A stretch of 64,000 bases of DNA from NCBI GenBank assembly GCA_900088475.1, contig FLMG01003335.1, positions 30,842 through 94,841 on the forward strand. Reading direction: 5' to 3'. The translations under genes and the position numbers were made by a program. The first letter of the stretch is position 1, and the number at the start of each line of letters is the position of its first letter. The DNA is from Hyphochytrium catenoides (Eukaryota > Protista > Hyphochytriomycota). Under the pieces are notes generated by a model. That model made no database searches. It had not been told where the DNA came from and saw only the letters and a program-made list of their open reading frames with translations. Below are positions 38,321-52,665 of the stretch, piece after piece.

Positions 38321-38476
38321 GGGAGGCTGTGTCCAAACCTGCTCCCTAAAGAGCTATAACGTTATGACCGAGTCTTTCTTCCCGGGAAGGACAGATCCTG
38401 GAAGATCCTTTCTGTTCAGACGTACACCATAAGAAACATTGAACGTCTGCCGGGTCCATTTAAAGGCAATTAAGGG

Positions 38477-41285
38477 CTACGCCGGCACAGCTGCCTCCTC
38501 CGCATCGGCAGGGTCCGAAGGATCGCTTGGAGCTCCTCCGCTGCTGCTCTCTTCACGCTTTGTCACCGGAGGCTCTTCTTGGATACTATCTTCGTGTGTT
38601 CTACTTATTTCTGTTATCCCTGTCTCTGTAAGATCTTGCTGTTCCTGCAATTCCTTGATTATCTTCTCACGTTTGTCTTTCTCCTCTTTTAGAGTGCGAC
38701 AGAGCACTTCTAATGCACTAAGCTGACGCTGCTGGCTCTCTAGCTGTTTTTTCTGCTTGGTAGTCTGGGAACACGAAGAGAGGACCAAGAAGTGAGCGTC
38801 CAAGTAAAAATGTTACTGATGGAAAGATGAGACTCTGTAGTAAGATTCAACACTTTCGAAAAAGACCTACAACCGTCAGAGATAATGATAAGAGAAAGGG
38901 AAAATGCTGAATGTGCTCTGGATTTGATATTCTGCTATACCTCTTCATCAAGTGCTTCCTTAGCCGCTTTCTCCTTGTTGAATTGCTTGATGAGCTGGGC
39001 CTTCTCTTTGTTACTTTTTTGGATTGTTTTGGCAAGCTAGCAGAGGAATGAAAAAGGGTGCTTCTTAGCGGATGACACGTGGTATGTGTGCTAGAGGGCA
39101 ATTAAAGCAGTGGCCTCGGTAACACCAGTTACCTGCTCCTTATCTTTCCGGAACGATTCAAAGAGTTCATTACTCTTCTGAATTGTTGCGCTCACTTCCG
39201 CAAACTTGGTACTATAACCTTCTAACTCTTCCTGCATACACATGTCGATTTAGTCGAAGCTGCAAATGATAGCCTGACACAACCTGCAAGCACAGATCTA
39301 CAGACTATAAATTCTTCCTCTGCCTTTATCCATGATAGTTACTATTATGACTCACTCTTAGCCGCTGCTCGGACGCCAAGGAGTGCGCAAGTTTTGTAAG
39401 AGCCTCCTCTACCTGCAAACCGCTTATGTGAGTCACGTACTACAATCACAGACACCGCCCAAGACGGCAGGAGATCATTCTACGCGAGAGAAACCTCTCA
39501 CCGTTTTCTTTTCTTGAAACAGAAGTTCCTCACTGTGCTTAAGCTTTGCTTCTGCTAGCTGTGACTCCAACTCTTTCATCTATGGCGAGAGTAGAGGCTT
39601 ATTTTTGAATTCTTGGCCTAGTACCGAATCTTGGCAACGGAGAAGCGATGCTACGTATGAGACCCACCTTCACAAATTGATTGTACTGCTCTTCCTGGAG
39701 CTCAAACTTTTTTAGTAGCGACTGTAGGGATGCCCGAAGTCTAGAATTAAGCACATAAAAGGTTGTAAGGAACGTGAGACCATCGTGAGTTCCACAGAAA
39801 CAGAATGAAGGCCTCTAAGGGTCCTTACGCCTCCCATATTGAGCCCGGCTATCCATTGTAATCAGACAGAGCGAAACGATAAATGGAACGGGGAATGGAA
39901 CAGACAAGGCGCCAAGAATTTCGAGAGCGCATACTCTTCATTTTGCTTGGCCTGTTCTAGTGTGTCACTCTGCTGCTGCTCAAACTTCAGATTCATTTCT
40001 TCGAAACCACGTGTGAGACTCTGGCAGAGCTCATTCCTACAAAGTACAACGTGTCAGTGATGATTGTAACTTGAAAGAGAGACTAGCAAAGACAAGAGAC
40101 GAGAGCAGCATAGCTCTGGAGGAAGATAAGCAGGCAGTATGCGCCACTGAATAGAGCCGACACAGAAAAGATGAAAGAGTCAAGTATGAGGCCAAGAAAA
40201 GCAGACCGACAGACCAGACAGAGAAGATTCAAGCCCGGAGGGAGGTTAATCACAGCAGCAGGGTGAATACAATGGGTGCCAGCGACTACCTTCGTTCCTC
40301 TATCGTTTCTTTCTTCTTCATCTCCTCCTAACCAAGTTGACAAATGCAAAAAGAAGATTACCGCTAGAGTTGTGCCGATGCTGAGTGCTAATCTCTCCGA
40401 TATCCTCAAGGCCATCAACATCTGGAAAATCATTCAACGATAAAATAGCGGGAGGCGGAACAGGCGCCTCTCTGGAAAACGTGGGATGTACCTGCAGCAT
40501 CTTATTCTGCTTCTGCAGGACTCTACACAGCTCCTGCAACTTGCTGGTAGCATTCTGGGCCTTCACCAGGTCGCTAAAGACTGGAAGAGGTAGCAAAACG
40601 GACATGCAAGCGACGTTAGCATCATAAGTAGCTGTCGCAGGTGAGAAACATAAGATAGGACTGGAGAGCAAGTTCAAAACGATCGAGAGAAAAGGAGGGC
40701 TAGCGAAAGATGAGAAGAGCAAAAAAAGACACAGAGAGGAGAGAGAGAGGCACCGAAGGAGGAGGTTGAAAGAAGTTAGGAGAGCAGAAGATCTGTCGAC
40801 GATCTGAGACTAGACTTTGCGGGTGACGACCAAAGCCGAAAGTGGATTCAAGTGGCATGGACGGAGGAAGTAACGACAGAGCTCTCTCTGATCTCTGCCA
40901 AGTGGAGGAGGCCTAGCTCACCAGCATCATAGCTCTGCTTGAGCTTCACAAACTTCGTCTGGTTTGCCTTCATCTTCGTGCAAAGCTTCTCTTTCTTCCG
41001 CATTTGCTGCTGAAAGAGCTTTTTGACTTTCTCTAGACGGTCCTTATCATCCTCTTCACCCTCCTTTAGAGCAGTAATTGCAGCCAACCGCCTGAGGGCC
41101 GACTGAGTGTCATCCTCATCCTCGATCCCCTCCCAACCCTGCTCTAACGCCTTTAGAGTGCGAGCAACGAGATCCTTGAGCTCCTCTGTGTTCTCATTCT
41201 TAGTAGAAGAGGAGAGGATGGAGGTTTGGGCAGGAGGCGATGGCTCTCCAGCTGCTTCAGAACCACTACTATCAATGGTCGACAT
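38477..41285 (-). CDS. Taxilin family coiled-coil protein
   Basis: KLQELCRVLQKQNK, ELEGYSTKFAEVSATIQKSNELFESFRKDKEQ and LSALEVLCRTLKEE match the conserved taxilin blocks. Exon phases are consistent. Confidence 0.9.
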
Positions 41286-41982
41286 GCTACTTGGTAGTGC
41301 AGTATGCACAGCGAATCCCACGTTTCTCGCTAAGAAGATGAGAACTTCGAGGGCCTTGATCTCTGGAGCTCAAGCGGTCAGTGCTTTGAGCACGAAGTGT
41401 ATGAGGACGAAGGGACAGTGGCGGCATAATGAAGAGACAGACAGCACCAGGCCGGTGCCCAGCCGTGGCATGCGCTCTTTGTTCCTCTGACCTCTCATCA
41501 GAAGGCCAACCCCAGCAAAGAGATCAACACCTGTGATAACTGTTGGTACAGTTCTTTGGACTTGTGAGTTAGATCAAGTAGGTGATAGAGCTAAGGTAAA
41601 GCGATCTAAATAGGATGCGTGTGTTTGAGAGATTTCTGTTGGTTTGAAATCTGATTCTGTAAATGATAATCAAAACGAGGAAGATGTTGATGCTTTCCTG
41701 GATGGCAAATAGGAAATCTTCGCCCATCATCAGCGAGAGAGCTCTATAAAGGAGGAGCAGCGGGAGCAGGAGCAGCAGTTCTGACTCCAGATGACCCTGA
41801 AGCTAACCTCTCTTATGAGCTTGGTCTAGGCACTTAGTGCAGAGATGGAGTGTCTTCAGAACCAGCTTGCCCTTGGAAACTCTGCACAGTCAGGTTGGAG
41901 TCAGGGCTTGACCTCTTGTCTTCTTTGACCGCGAGCCTTAGTCTTAAACACGGGCTAGAGTACAAGCCCCTGCTGACGCGAG

Positions 41983-44900
41983 ATGGATGAGATCTTGGCG
42001 CTCCAGCAGGAGCTGGCGGAGGTCCAGAAAGCCAGCACAGCTCACAAACTGAGCGAGAGAAACTGCGTTGATATCATCTCCAAGCTGAAAGCCGCAGGAC
42101 TGCTTCAGGTCAGTCAGTCAGAAGACCGACTTCAATTACTGAGGACCGACGCCTCCGCTCTCTGTGTTGTTGTGTAAGGCAAGACCACCTTTCTTGACAC
42201 TGACCCTCCTTGGGCCTGTTTCCCTCCAGGTGGTGTACACCTTGAATGCCAAGGAGTACCTTACACCCAAGCAACTAGAACGCGAAATTCAAGACGAGAT
42301 CTTGGCACATGGCGGCAGAGTGACCGCGAATGAGATTCAGGTGTCATGGACCTAACCTTCTCCCTACCATTCTTTATGATTGCGCTGCGCTGAATGTGTT
42401 CTACTTGCTTTGCTAGTTCCTCCACCCGCGGAGCCTTGACCGTTTGTGCTCAGATTCGCCAATCATAGACATCTACTTCCGGTTGCCCTCCTCCGGGATC
42501 TGAATCGCTCTAATCCTCTTTCCTTCTTGCGCCTCTTTGTGTCTATCGCGCGATTAAGGTTGTCATCAACGTGGACCTGGCGCACATCGAGAACTCGTTA
42601 GAGACTCTCGTTCGCAGCGATTCCTCCCTTACTTACCTTGCTGGGGAAGTCATCAGCAGCTGGTACTTGGATGGAGTGGCCGAGGAGCTCAACGAATTGC
42701 TACAGGAGAAGGGCCAGATAACGTTGGGAACTGTAAGCAAAACTAGGTGCTCTCTTTGAGGAGCAGACCCCTTATCTCACCGCTAGGTTATATTTCTATG
42801 GAGGATCTCTCCTATGGTGTCATCTAGCTGCACCTTTTCCTCCGCCGGACCATGCCCTTTGCAGGGTTAGATAACTTGCCAACCTGCTTTTCTATGCTAT
42901 CAACCTACCAAGATTGGAGTTCGAACCTTTTGGTCCTTCATCTTCTAAGCAAAGCCTTCACACTATGTCCTTTAGCTTGCAAGTCAGTATAACTTTTCCG
43001 TGGAGTTCACGCGCGACTTTGTATCCTCCCGTCTGGGCTCCCTTATCCATGTAAGCAGAGAGCTTAGTGTCCCCATGAATCTGAAGAGTGACAAAAGCGA
43101 AAGAAATCGTTAGGAATGAGCCTTTGCATCCTTCTTCGCGATACCCATGATTTCTACCAGCCTGAATTGCGTACCTATCCTATCACAATCAGCGAATTCT
43201 TCTTGCTGTTCTTCTTGCTATCGCCCTTTGACACACTCATACTGATCCCTCGCTTGTGACCTATTGGTATGTTATAAACCATCAGGCGCAGCTTAAGCAA
43301 GGCGTCCTGTACACTGATGCCTTCGTACTTAAAGAGGAGGCCAGAATAAGAGGAGTCTTCTCTGCGATAACCCGTCCTACTTCTTTACCTGCCTTAACGT
43401 CTACCTACGGCTTTGAGGACAAAACGACGGAAGACACTGTCAAGAGGATGATAGAGAATGGCACTCTTCCTGGGTTTGTAAGTCAAGAAACGTTTTCATT
43501 TCGTGTTCTGGCCTCTACCTCTTCTCGTGCTGGCACGTGGAGTATATTCCAGTTTCTCCCTCTCTTTCTTCTTAAAGGAGAATGGTGTAGCTTGGGTGAC
43601 TGATTCTTCCTGTTCCCAGCTCAAGGGAAGGGACTACATCCCACACATATTTGCGGTCTCCCAGCGCGAGGCGTTGGTCTCCTTTTTCAAGGCCAACGGC
43701 TATCTTGAGCACAGCAGAGCAAAGAAACTCGAGGTGCAGAGCCCTAAAGTTCTCAATTAGTGGGCGGCAGCCCCCTCCCGACTCATCCTTCCGTCTGAAT
43801 TTCTCGTGTCTTGCTGGACTTAGGATGACATTCTAATATCTAATATCTGCTCTTTGTCTGCTGACACTCTCAGGTGACCAAGCCCTATGAGTTTTTGAAG
43901 CCCTACTTCCCTTCTTGCGTTCCTCTGGATTCCTGTGTCATCAGTAGCGGGCTCTTCAATCAGGCACGTAAAAGCTAACCGCTCTGACGGCCCGCCGCTC
44001 TCAATTGGAGCGTCGTGTCGTCCAAATATCATGCAGCACTGAACTCCTGTAATGACAAGACGTAGTACGCTAATGTTCCCTCCGTCTTCCTACCCCTGAC
44101 TAGCTCTAGACAGTAACCCGACTAACCTTTCCATTCAACCTCCATTTGTTGCTTTGATGGTCATGGCGCTTAGGTGGAGGCGGCTGTAGAGCATGCCTTA
44201 CAAGAGGGTGCGTGGCTGGATATCCGGTCCCTTCTACCTCCTTCTGTCTCCGATGCCAACGTATCTACCTTAACCCGCAAGCTGAAAGCGATGAAAGGAG
44301 GGAAGCATCTTCATCTAGCAGATGTCTACGTAGTCAGTGATAAGTTCGTCGAAAGGTATTGAGACTTACAGCACGTTGAGCAGATCTCCGACAGCGTGGT
44401 CTTCCCTTATGGCTCATTCTCTGCTCGCGCCATATCCCAGTTCACTGCCCGAGCAGTGACTGCAGTTCGCCCTATATGCGCATTACGCTCTCAACGATTG
44501 TCCAATGCCATTTCAGTGTCTGACTCATCTTCCTTCCATCTGCAGCTGTTTGAGCAAGTTTAGAGACGTGGCGGTATCAGAAGCAGAACAATTCGCTTCT
44601 CAACAGCGAAATGCTAGCACCTCGCACTCTACCGTTGAGCTCGATGAAGAGATCGACAGCAAAGGTGAGTATGGAACCGATGGCCCGCTTAAGCACCCTG
44701 CAGAGATTCTAATATTCCGCTTCCGTCGTTGCAGCGTCCCGAAGATCTGGTAGAAGAGAAGTTGAGGAGAGCGATACTGAGGATAATGGGGACAAGGGTG
44801 GTCGAAAGGGCAAGAGCTCGAAGGGCGGAAAGAAAAGGGTCGGGAAGAAGGGAAGAGGTCAGGAGGAAGACGATGTGGCTGTAGCGGAAGAGGAGGATCC

Positions 44901-47346
44901 TGGCAGTAGAAAGGGTAAAAAGAACAGAGGAAAGAAGAGCACCACAAGTGCGAGCAGCAATGGCTCAACAGAGACGGTGAGTGGTCTGCTACTTAATAAC
45001 TTCTCCCTTCTGACTGGATTTGTTAGCCGCGTCTCTTCGGCATTTGTTACCTCACTAAGCCTATCCCTGGGCCTTTTCCGGGGCCATTTAACTTACGTCC
45101 TGCCCTCAGATTCGCTCTTAGCTCTCCTTGCTCTATCTAAAGTCTACTTCAGTCTCCCCTTTCTCGCTTTCCCATGCCTTCAGAAGAGGACTTGGCGGAA
45201 AAGTTGGTGCAATGGTTTGAGGATCTGGAAGAACATCCGACGCTCTCCCGTGATCTGGCACAGGACCTCAGTGCCAAAGTTTCAGCTCTGTGAGTTTGAC
45301 ATTAGAATCCTTAGAAGCAGTCCGTCTCTATCACTTTCCCCAGACAGACCTACACATTTCCGTTGCCACGCTCGTCGCTATTGCTTCTTGGCCTCTTGTT
45401 CCCCTCCTGTTAGCGTTCGTGTCCACCAGTAAGCTTCGTGAACTGAGGTCTATGCCTTGTCCCCGAGACGTACTTCTCACGGCGCCGTGTCACTACTGTT
45501 CCAATTCCAGCTACGCAGATGCTGTGCGAAATGCGTTTACTTCTGTGTTGCGGGGGGATGCCGCAGTGCGCAAGCGTTTGAAAGTGAAGTTTGATGAACT
45601 TTTTGAAGCTGCTCAGAATGAACTAAGATTGCAGATGAGGGGGATAGAGCATTTAGCAAGCCTTTGCAGAGATGACACAGATTTCTTGGGTAAGGGCTCT
45701 CAGCGTTGCCAGAGGAAGGAATCTTATGCACTATCTTATTTACTTGAAACCTTTTGGTTTTGGATCCTCGCTTTTCTCTTATGTCGGTGCTTGACTCTTG
45801 GGCATAGCTTCTGTGCCGTAGCGGCACCGTCTCATCTTACTGCGACTTGCTTTCATGAGCTTTCATCGTTACCTACATTGTGCGACACCTGTTCATTGGT
45901 CCTCCGTGTTGGAAATGGCACATGCTTGTTCATCCTGTAAGCTCCTTGTCGCCTGAGATGTCAGCTTTCTTATCCAAGCCTACTTGATCACGATAGAGAG
46001 CTTCGATAATGAGTTACTGAACACCTCCGGACGAAGGCTTTGTTCCCTTCTGACCTCTTATCTCTGCCGCTTGCATAACATTAGCTGGGCGCCAGCATTG
46101 AGGTCAGACTCCCTTTACTAGATACGTTGATCTTGGTATTTCAGCTATTGTGGCTGACGTTGCTCCGTAGTTTTGAAGATAGCAAACCTCCTAGCGCTGG
46201 TAGTGCTGATGACAAGAGGAGGGAAGGAGACAGGGACTCTATTGAAGGTATTAAAAACATTAGCAGCTGCCAAGAATAGCCCCTCGGACTAGAAAGCCCA
46301 TAAGAGAGAGGATGCAAAAAGGGCAAGAGAACCCTTGTGGGCACAGATACGAGGATAATGAGAAGAGACGAGAACAAAGCCGCAGATGAAGGCTGCAATT
46401 TGTTATGCGGGAAAGATCAGGGGAATTGCTGGGATAGACCGAAAGAGAAACCTGACAGCAAACTTTGGTGATGTGTCCTTTCTTTTGGCCAATCCAATTG
46501 TTGCCCTTTACGTTATCTCTGTTCCCCCGTAGACACCAAAGAAGGCGAAGTGGCTTTAAGTGCTGACGACCGGAAAGTGCTGGAGGACGAGTTAGGTAGC
46601 TCAGCCGCGCCTGTTGTTAAGCTGTGGGCATCAGCATTGGGGACTAAAAGGAGCTTGCAGTCTTTCTTAGAGCTGCTAGACGTAAGAACTCTTGCCTCCT
46701 TGGCTGCATCCTGAGTCTCCTGTTTGCCTTATGCCTGTCTTTAGCGAGTCCTTGTCCCCCGCTTGCGGCTCCTTGTTCCAAGAGATTTGTGCCATCCTCC
46801 TCGAATGTCATGAAGCTTAGTCTTTCGTTCCCTTCCTTCAGGCTGCCTGTCAGTCCTTTGGAGCTCCCGTATACAAAGCTGATAAGAAGAGGGATAGACA
46901 ACTGCTTTTCGCTCTTAAGCACAGACGGGCTGCGCAACTCTCACAGGCAGCTGACTGGGTGGAAGTGGCGCGAGTATCCGCCGCACTACTATTCCAGCAG
47001 GTAAGGAAACCGACATCGACTAAGGTATTTTCCTGGCAACTTACCTACAAAGTTCAAATAGACCACAGGAGCGGCACTGGCAGTGCCTCGCGATGCAGTC
47101 TGCATGAGAAGACTGCTGGTTGTGATGAAAGAGAAGGCTTCGACGATGGCAATTGGGGCACTCATTGAGCTACTCGATGCCATAGCCACTGAGGTATGGC
47201 GGTTAGCCTCTGATTGTGCAAGGTTCGTGAACTTATTCTTTTGCTCCTTCTATTCTCTCTTTGCTATGCAGGAGCAGTCAGCCGACCATGGACCACTGCT
47301 CAATCGGGTGAAAGAAACTATCTCAGGCAAAGAAGTGAAGGACTAG
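41983..47346 (+). CDS. UFL1: E3 UFM1-protein ligase 1
   Basis: [78 protein letters not shown], a basic G/K loop, and [11 protein letters not shown]. The whole model was traced in frame and needs one GC-AG intron. Confidence 0.95.
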
Positions 47347-47647
47347 GATGCTGACTTAGAGTGATGGGTCAGAAAGAAAGTGTTGCTAGCGCTCTCCCTA
47401 ATAATCCTATAGGGAGAGAGCAAGGCTTAGGACAACTGTGGGTCAAGTTCTTTATAAACATAATATGTACAGCTAACACTCACTTCCTCGACGATGCCTT
47501 TACAATTGGCACTGCTCGGGCCTATACACTACTTCGAAACAAAGAATGGAAAAATGCAACCAAGAAAGAAAAGCGCTCTTTCCTCCCTCTGGTCGCGGCG
47601 CTTGCTATTCCCCAATCAGAGAAGTTGTAGCCGGAACGACGTGGCAC

Positions 47648-48416
47648 CTAAGAGGTCCAAAGCGCACGCCAGGACCTGTTCCGTCGCCGAGGGTCAGCCT
47701 TCAGATTTGGCAGAGCTTGAGACCGGGGCCAAGGACACCTAAGCACGAATAAGGGAGATGCCAAAGCGTCATCAGCGTCTATATAGGGATCAAGCCTACT
47801 AGGCGGCGAGCTTACCTAAGCATGTCCCCTTCTAAGCCCAAATCGTCATCTATGCCGTCGGCAGGATTTACAAATGTCCAGGTCGTCTCCTCATCTTGAC
47901 TCTCCTCGCCCGATTTTTCAGCTTCAGGGACCGTAAACACGACAGAGGTCTGAGAGATGGTGGAGTGAGTCTGCCCTAGTCCGCAGAGTCTGACGGATGA
48001 CTGAAAGTAATCTTCCTCCACACTGCTTAGCATAGAAGAATGAACTATGGAGCCGCCATCACTCATCCATTCATCACTGCAGAGAAGAGCGCAAAAGGTA
48101 AGGTGAAGGCCAAATGGAGCCATCCAACAATTCACACTTACTCGGAACCATCGCTTTCGGAGTCTGAGAACGAGTTCAGTTCTGCTAGAGCTATAACCTT
48201 GGGATTCTTGTCTGAGAGAGTGAAGAGTTTGCCTTGCGTGGGTCTCAGTTGATGAGACGGAGAGAAGGAGGAGAAGGATCGTGTTTGACCTTCCTTGTAC
48301 GCAGGGGGGCTCCAACTTCCCTCTCTTACTGCTCTTTCCGTCCAGCTAATGGGGGACTGAGCAAAGCCAGACATCTGCGACCCAGTGTTGAAGGAGTCAT
48401 CATAGGCTATATCCAT
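47648..48416 (-). CDS. Hypothetical acidic Ser-rich disordered protein (3 exons)
   Basis: ORFs 48416-48138 and 48315-47812 join through a gtaagt..gcag intron. A further gtaagc..ttag intron gives a last exon ending WRALWTS*. There is a probable 5'UTR intron at 48480-48857. Confidence 0.6.
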
Positions 48417-50419
48417 TCTTCGCTATGCCAATGGAGCCACTCCTTGTAGAGCCGCTATGTGGTGCACTAATAACTCTGATGAGATTGAACCAGGAAGAGC
48501 GGTCAAGAAGTTTCGAGTGAACCTTCCATATAATGTGAGACGGCGGACAGGCCCCGCAAGTCTCTATATCAGCTGCTCTTCCCTTGTAATTTCTCTCTGG
48601 GCTTCTTAATGCACTGTCTGCAATGTGGTCAGATTTGCCGCACAAATATCGGTTGCGTGGTTAGGATCCCTTTCTTCCCGACAATGGACGTCCTCTTCCT
48701 GTCAAAAGGCGCCGAAATAGGCGGCCGCTTGGGCAACGCTAAATCTTAGCAGGAGAGGAGCTAAGTCGGCGGCCAGTTCCTCGCCGCTCACCCGAGCGCC
48801 GCGGAGAAAAAGGGAGGATGATGTTGCCGCGCAAGATCTAAAGGTCTAAAGGCTTACCTGTTGCCAAGATTGCTCTCTCGCTCTCTCTGGTCTCTCTCTC
48901 TCCCTCACTTTTCTCACTCTCTCGCCTTTCATCTTTCTATCTTCATCAACATCTACTGACATAACCTCCTGGTATCGCTTTCTCCTTCCACTCTGTCTTA
49001 CGGAAGATCCTCGTCTGTCTGTCTCCCCACCGCTCTGTCTCTCCTAGGTGTGACTTGCAGAAAGTATGAGGAGAGGCTTGACGCTTCACTTAACAAAGGC
49101 GGGAGAGTGCTGACGGGAGAAAGGTCCGGAAGGGCAGCGAAGAAGTGGTGGGTAGCAGAAGACTGAGAGTCAGAGGAGATGCTAGAAACGTGTGGTAAAT
49201 GCTAGAGGAAATGGAGACAGAATGCGAGGGAGATGTGCACTGGAGGCTCGAGACGTACTAGCAAGTGATAGATTAGGGTCCAAAAGCCCAAAGCGTTATA
49301 AACTGTACCTAAGAATGGTGATGTCCGGTTAGTTGAAGATGCTAATTATATTCAAGATAGGGGATAGTTCAAGCTATGAATATCTGAATAACAGTCCTAA
49401 GAGGCAATCTATTTTGGATATCTGAACCAGCTGGATGGATGAGCTTCCCTTGGAAAGCATATTTTCTTCAAAATGGTTCATCTCAAACTCACACTTTCCC
49501 GAGACAACATCTCTTTCTTTCTTTCACAGAACCCTAAGACTTCAATAAATCCCGTCACCAAACACAATACAGCGCCTCCCATACACACCCTGTTGACAAT
49601 CAGAACACAAAGCATGCAAGAAATTTCTGTGATTCTCGGGGTTTGACAGGAATCATGGGTACCCATTAATTGCAGCCAATGGGGTTCAGTCCTAAAGATT
49701 CTATCATCACATCAGAGATAGGGTAACCTGGATCTGCTGTTTGGGTTATGGGTCTGCGGATCTAAGCAAGATACTGGGTTTCCGCCTTTTTACTGATCAT
49801 AACACTTCTTGTTTCTACAGTGATCGGTTGGATCTTTGGGTCACTGCCGCTCTCCTGTCGATTTGCTTCACTTTCATTCGTTGAGGGCTTGCCACGTTAT
49901 CCTGACAGAGCAGCAGGGGTAGCGGCGGACGATACGTGACAAGACACCTTTCCATATCTCAACCTTCTTGCTGTGTGGTCCTAATAAGGGGATGTGGTGC
50001 CTATTGTCAAGAGATCCACAATGCGTCAATGCTCGGGATCATAGGAGGAGGGAAGGTATTGATCGTGGGCTAAACTGATTGAGAGAGCCAGCGCCATACT
50101 CTTTGCTACCTTACAATTACTGACTGAGGGCAGCCTGCAAGCTTTAGTGGCACCTGTTTTATCCACCTGAGAAGGTCATTTACCTTGGACACAAATCAAA
50201 AGGTCTACATAGTATGAATATAAAGTACTGCCAGCGCAAGCTGGCTCCATCAAGGGCAAGGGCTGCCCTCAGGATCTTGAACAGGAGCCTCTTCTTCCTG
50301 CTTTTCTATTGTCTTTTCTACTGCAACTCTTCACTCAGGTAATGAAGGTTACCTCAGGGAGGTTACTGGGGCACTACGAAGCACAAGACTTCGGCAGGTA
50401 GTTTTACAACGGACCTGCT

Positions 50420-52665
50420 CTAAGTGTTAGGCCAATGGGTAGACATTCCGACTGCCGAAGACACGCTCTGCTGGGCCAAGAGACACTCCTTCACCGCTTG
50501 CTCGTAACGATGAGGGAGATGGTCACTGAACATGCTGGGAGTGATAAAAATTCTGTCAATGTCTCTCTGATCCCGCTCGATCATATGAAAGCCGCTATCC
50601 TCGTTGCAAACTAGGTGTAGTAAGCGCCCTGTTCAGCCCTAGTTAGCACTGCTGTTGTTCATTTGCCGGGTTGATGCATCTATGTACCTGGAGGATAGAG
50701 CTTGTTCTCCGTGTGGGTCTTCAATTCTGCGTTCAGTGGCTCTTCGGCTGTGGGGTAGCCCAATAAGGCAATGCGGGCTAGTGTCATAAGAGACTTCTGT
50801 TCATTCTTGTGGTGGGTGAGAGTAGCCACCCGCTTTTGCAGCTCCTGCAAGTCATAAAATAGAAATAAAACGACTGACGTGAGTTGCAGAGCTCATCTCC
50901 AATAGCAGGTCTCTTCTTCATGTTGTCATACCACAAAGTGTCCAACTGAGAGCCGGGTAGCGATATCTTCATTGAACGCAAAGGAACTCACTACAGCTCT
51001 GACTTGTGGGTGGGAAGCGAGATCGTAGGAGAGGACACAGGGAGGAGCATAGCAATAGCTCTTGATCTGCTTGTCTCGGACAATGTCCTCAAAGTCATGA
51101 GCCAATATCAGTGTGAAGAGCGCCGCGACACCGGCACCCAAGCTATGACCCCCGATTGCTAATGTGTACGTCGGATATTGTACCAGAAGATCTCGAATTA
51201 TGGGTAGCTAGTGCGAGGTGAGAGGGATAATAAGGATCAGGCTCCCATAAATGAGAGGGAGGAAGGTGATGAAGAAAGAAGGCAACCCGAACAATAGCTC
51301 CCCCGAGACAGGAAAGCTGATGGGAATTGAGTTAGCGATACGCTTACCAAGACTGCAGCTTTCATTCGAGCCGCTCGCGCCATGCCAGAGTGTGCGATGC
51401 CCTTAACACCCCATAGGACAAAGTCCTCATTGTCGAAGAGCAAATCTAAAAACCCATATTGACACATTGCAAACGTGAGCTCTCGGACAGCTTGAAGAGT
51501 AAGAATGAGAGTTAGTACCTATCCAAGTGCCATTTACCTGTCAGAAGATCGTTGACATGCAATGTGCCTCGAAACATCACCACTATAGCTTTCGTAGTGT
51601 GGTCAAGAGCAATGAAGTGCGGCGGGTCTAGGAGGCCACTCTGCCATTTGTCCTCCACAACATCCTGCACCCGAATGCCTAAATGAAGGCTCACCTCAGT
51701 AACGTGTCTACAGCATTGAGAAAAAGAAAAGGAAGCAGAGGGATCCACGCGTTGGGGATTCGACCGGAAAGTAAATTCCAAGAACCTACCAGCGTGATCG
51801 GAGATGGCTGCCCTGATAATCATAGCGTCCTCAGAGAAGCTGCTAAGGAAGTTGTTCTGTTCCTTAAAGTCGTAAAAGACGCTATTGACCACAGTCCAGC
51901 CATAGGCAGCACAAGCGAAACGCACGTAACGAAAAGCCTTCTTCAAAAAGCTGAGATCCGAGATCTCTAGGGATTCTCCTGATTTTATAGAGATTAGACA
52001 CCCAGGGCCAAGATCAGCAACGATGTAAGAATGGATTTAGGCACCTCTTGCCCTCAGTGCCTTGACCTTGGCCCTATCCATGGGTGCCAGGATAAGCAGG
52101 CCTAGCGGACATTCAATAAGTTATAGGCACTTAGTTGGACCTTATAAACTTTATCTGTTCGCACCGATAATTGACGCGTAGCCAGAACCATGGAGCCTCA
52201 GGTGTCTGTTGATAAGCTGAAGCTGCTTTAGGAAGATTTGCACCCGAGCCTCGCTAAGTGCAGGCGGCTGCATATTTTTAGGATGAGTACAGATTGTCAG
52301 ACCGGCATAGCAACGATGCGGCGAGACAAAACTGGCCACCGATACCTTGCAATCCGTTTCGTCCTTAGTGGCCTTAAGGTCTTCCCCTTCACATCCCTCT
52401 GGAGCCTCGACCAAACTCTCACTTTGCGGAATCACCAGTGAAGCTTAAGTGAGTGAGGAGAGTTAGTCGTGCCCAAACTGACACTTGAACCTCGCTTACC
52501 TCGTCTCTTCTGGACTGATGGGAGCGAAGACTCTTGAGTACCTCTAGGGTGAGTGGAGATGAGAAGGAAATATGATGATACTGCAACCGCGGCGCAGATG
52601 GCGCATACGGTGATACTAGCGGCATACTGTGATGGAGAAATCCAGTTTGAAGGCGGCGGAGGCAT
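50420..52665 (-). CDS. Class 3 lipase (diacylglycerol-lipase-like) with N-terminal membrane anchor
   Basis: FACAAYGW, HFIALDHTTKAIVVMFRGT..DLLTD, AHSGM, GHSLGAG (Ser), YAPP, EDIATRLS (Asp), LYPPGRL, MFSDHLPHRY (His). The catalytic triad is intact. The true start may be further upstream. Confidence 0.92.

Noticed and set aside
46103-46121. 19-nt micro-intron in UFL1
   Set aside because: A normal exon at 46171-46247 resolves the phase with canonical introns.
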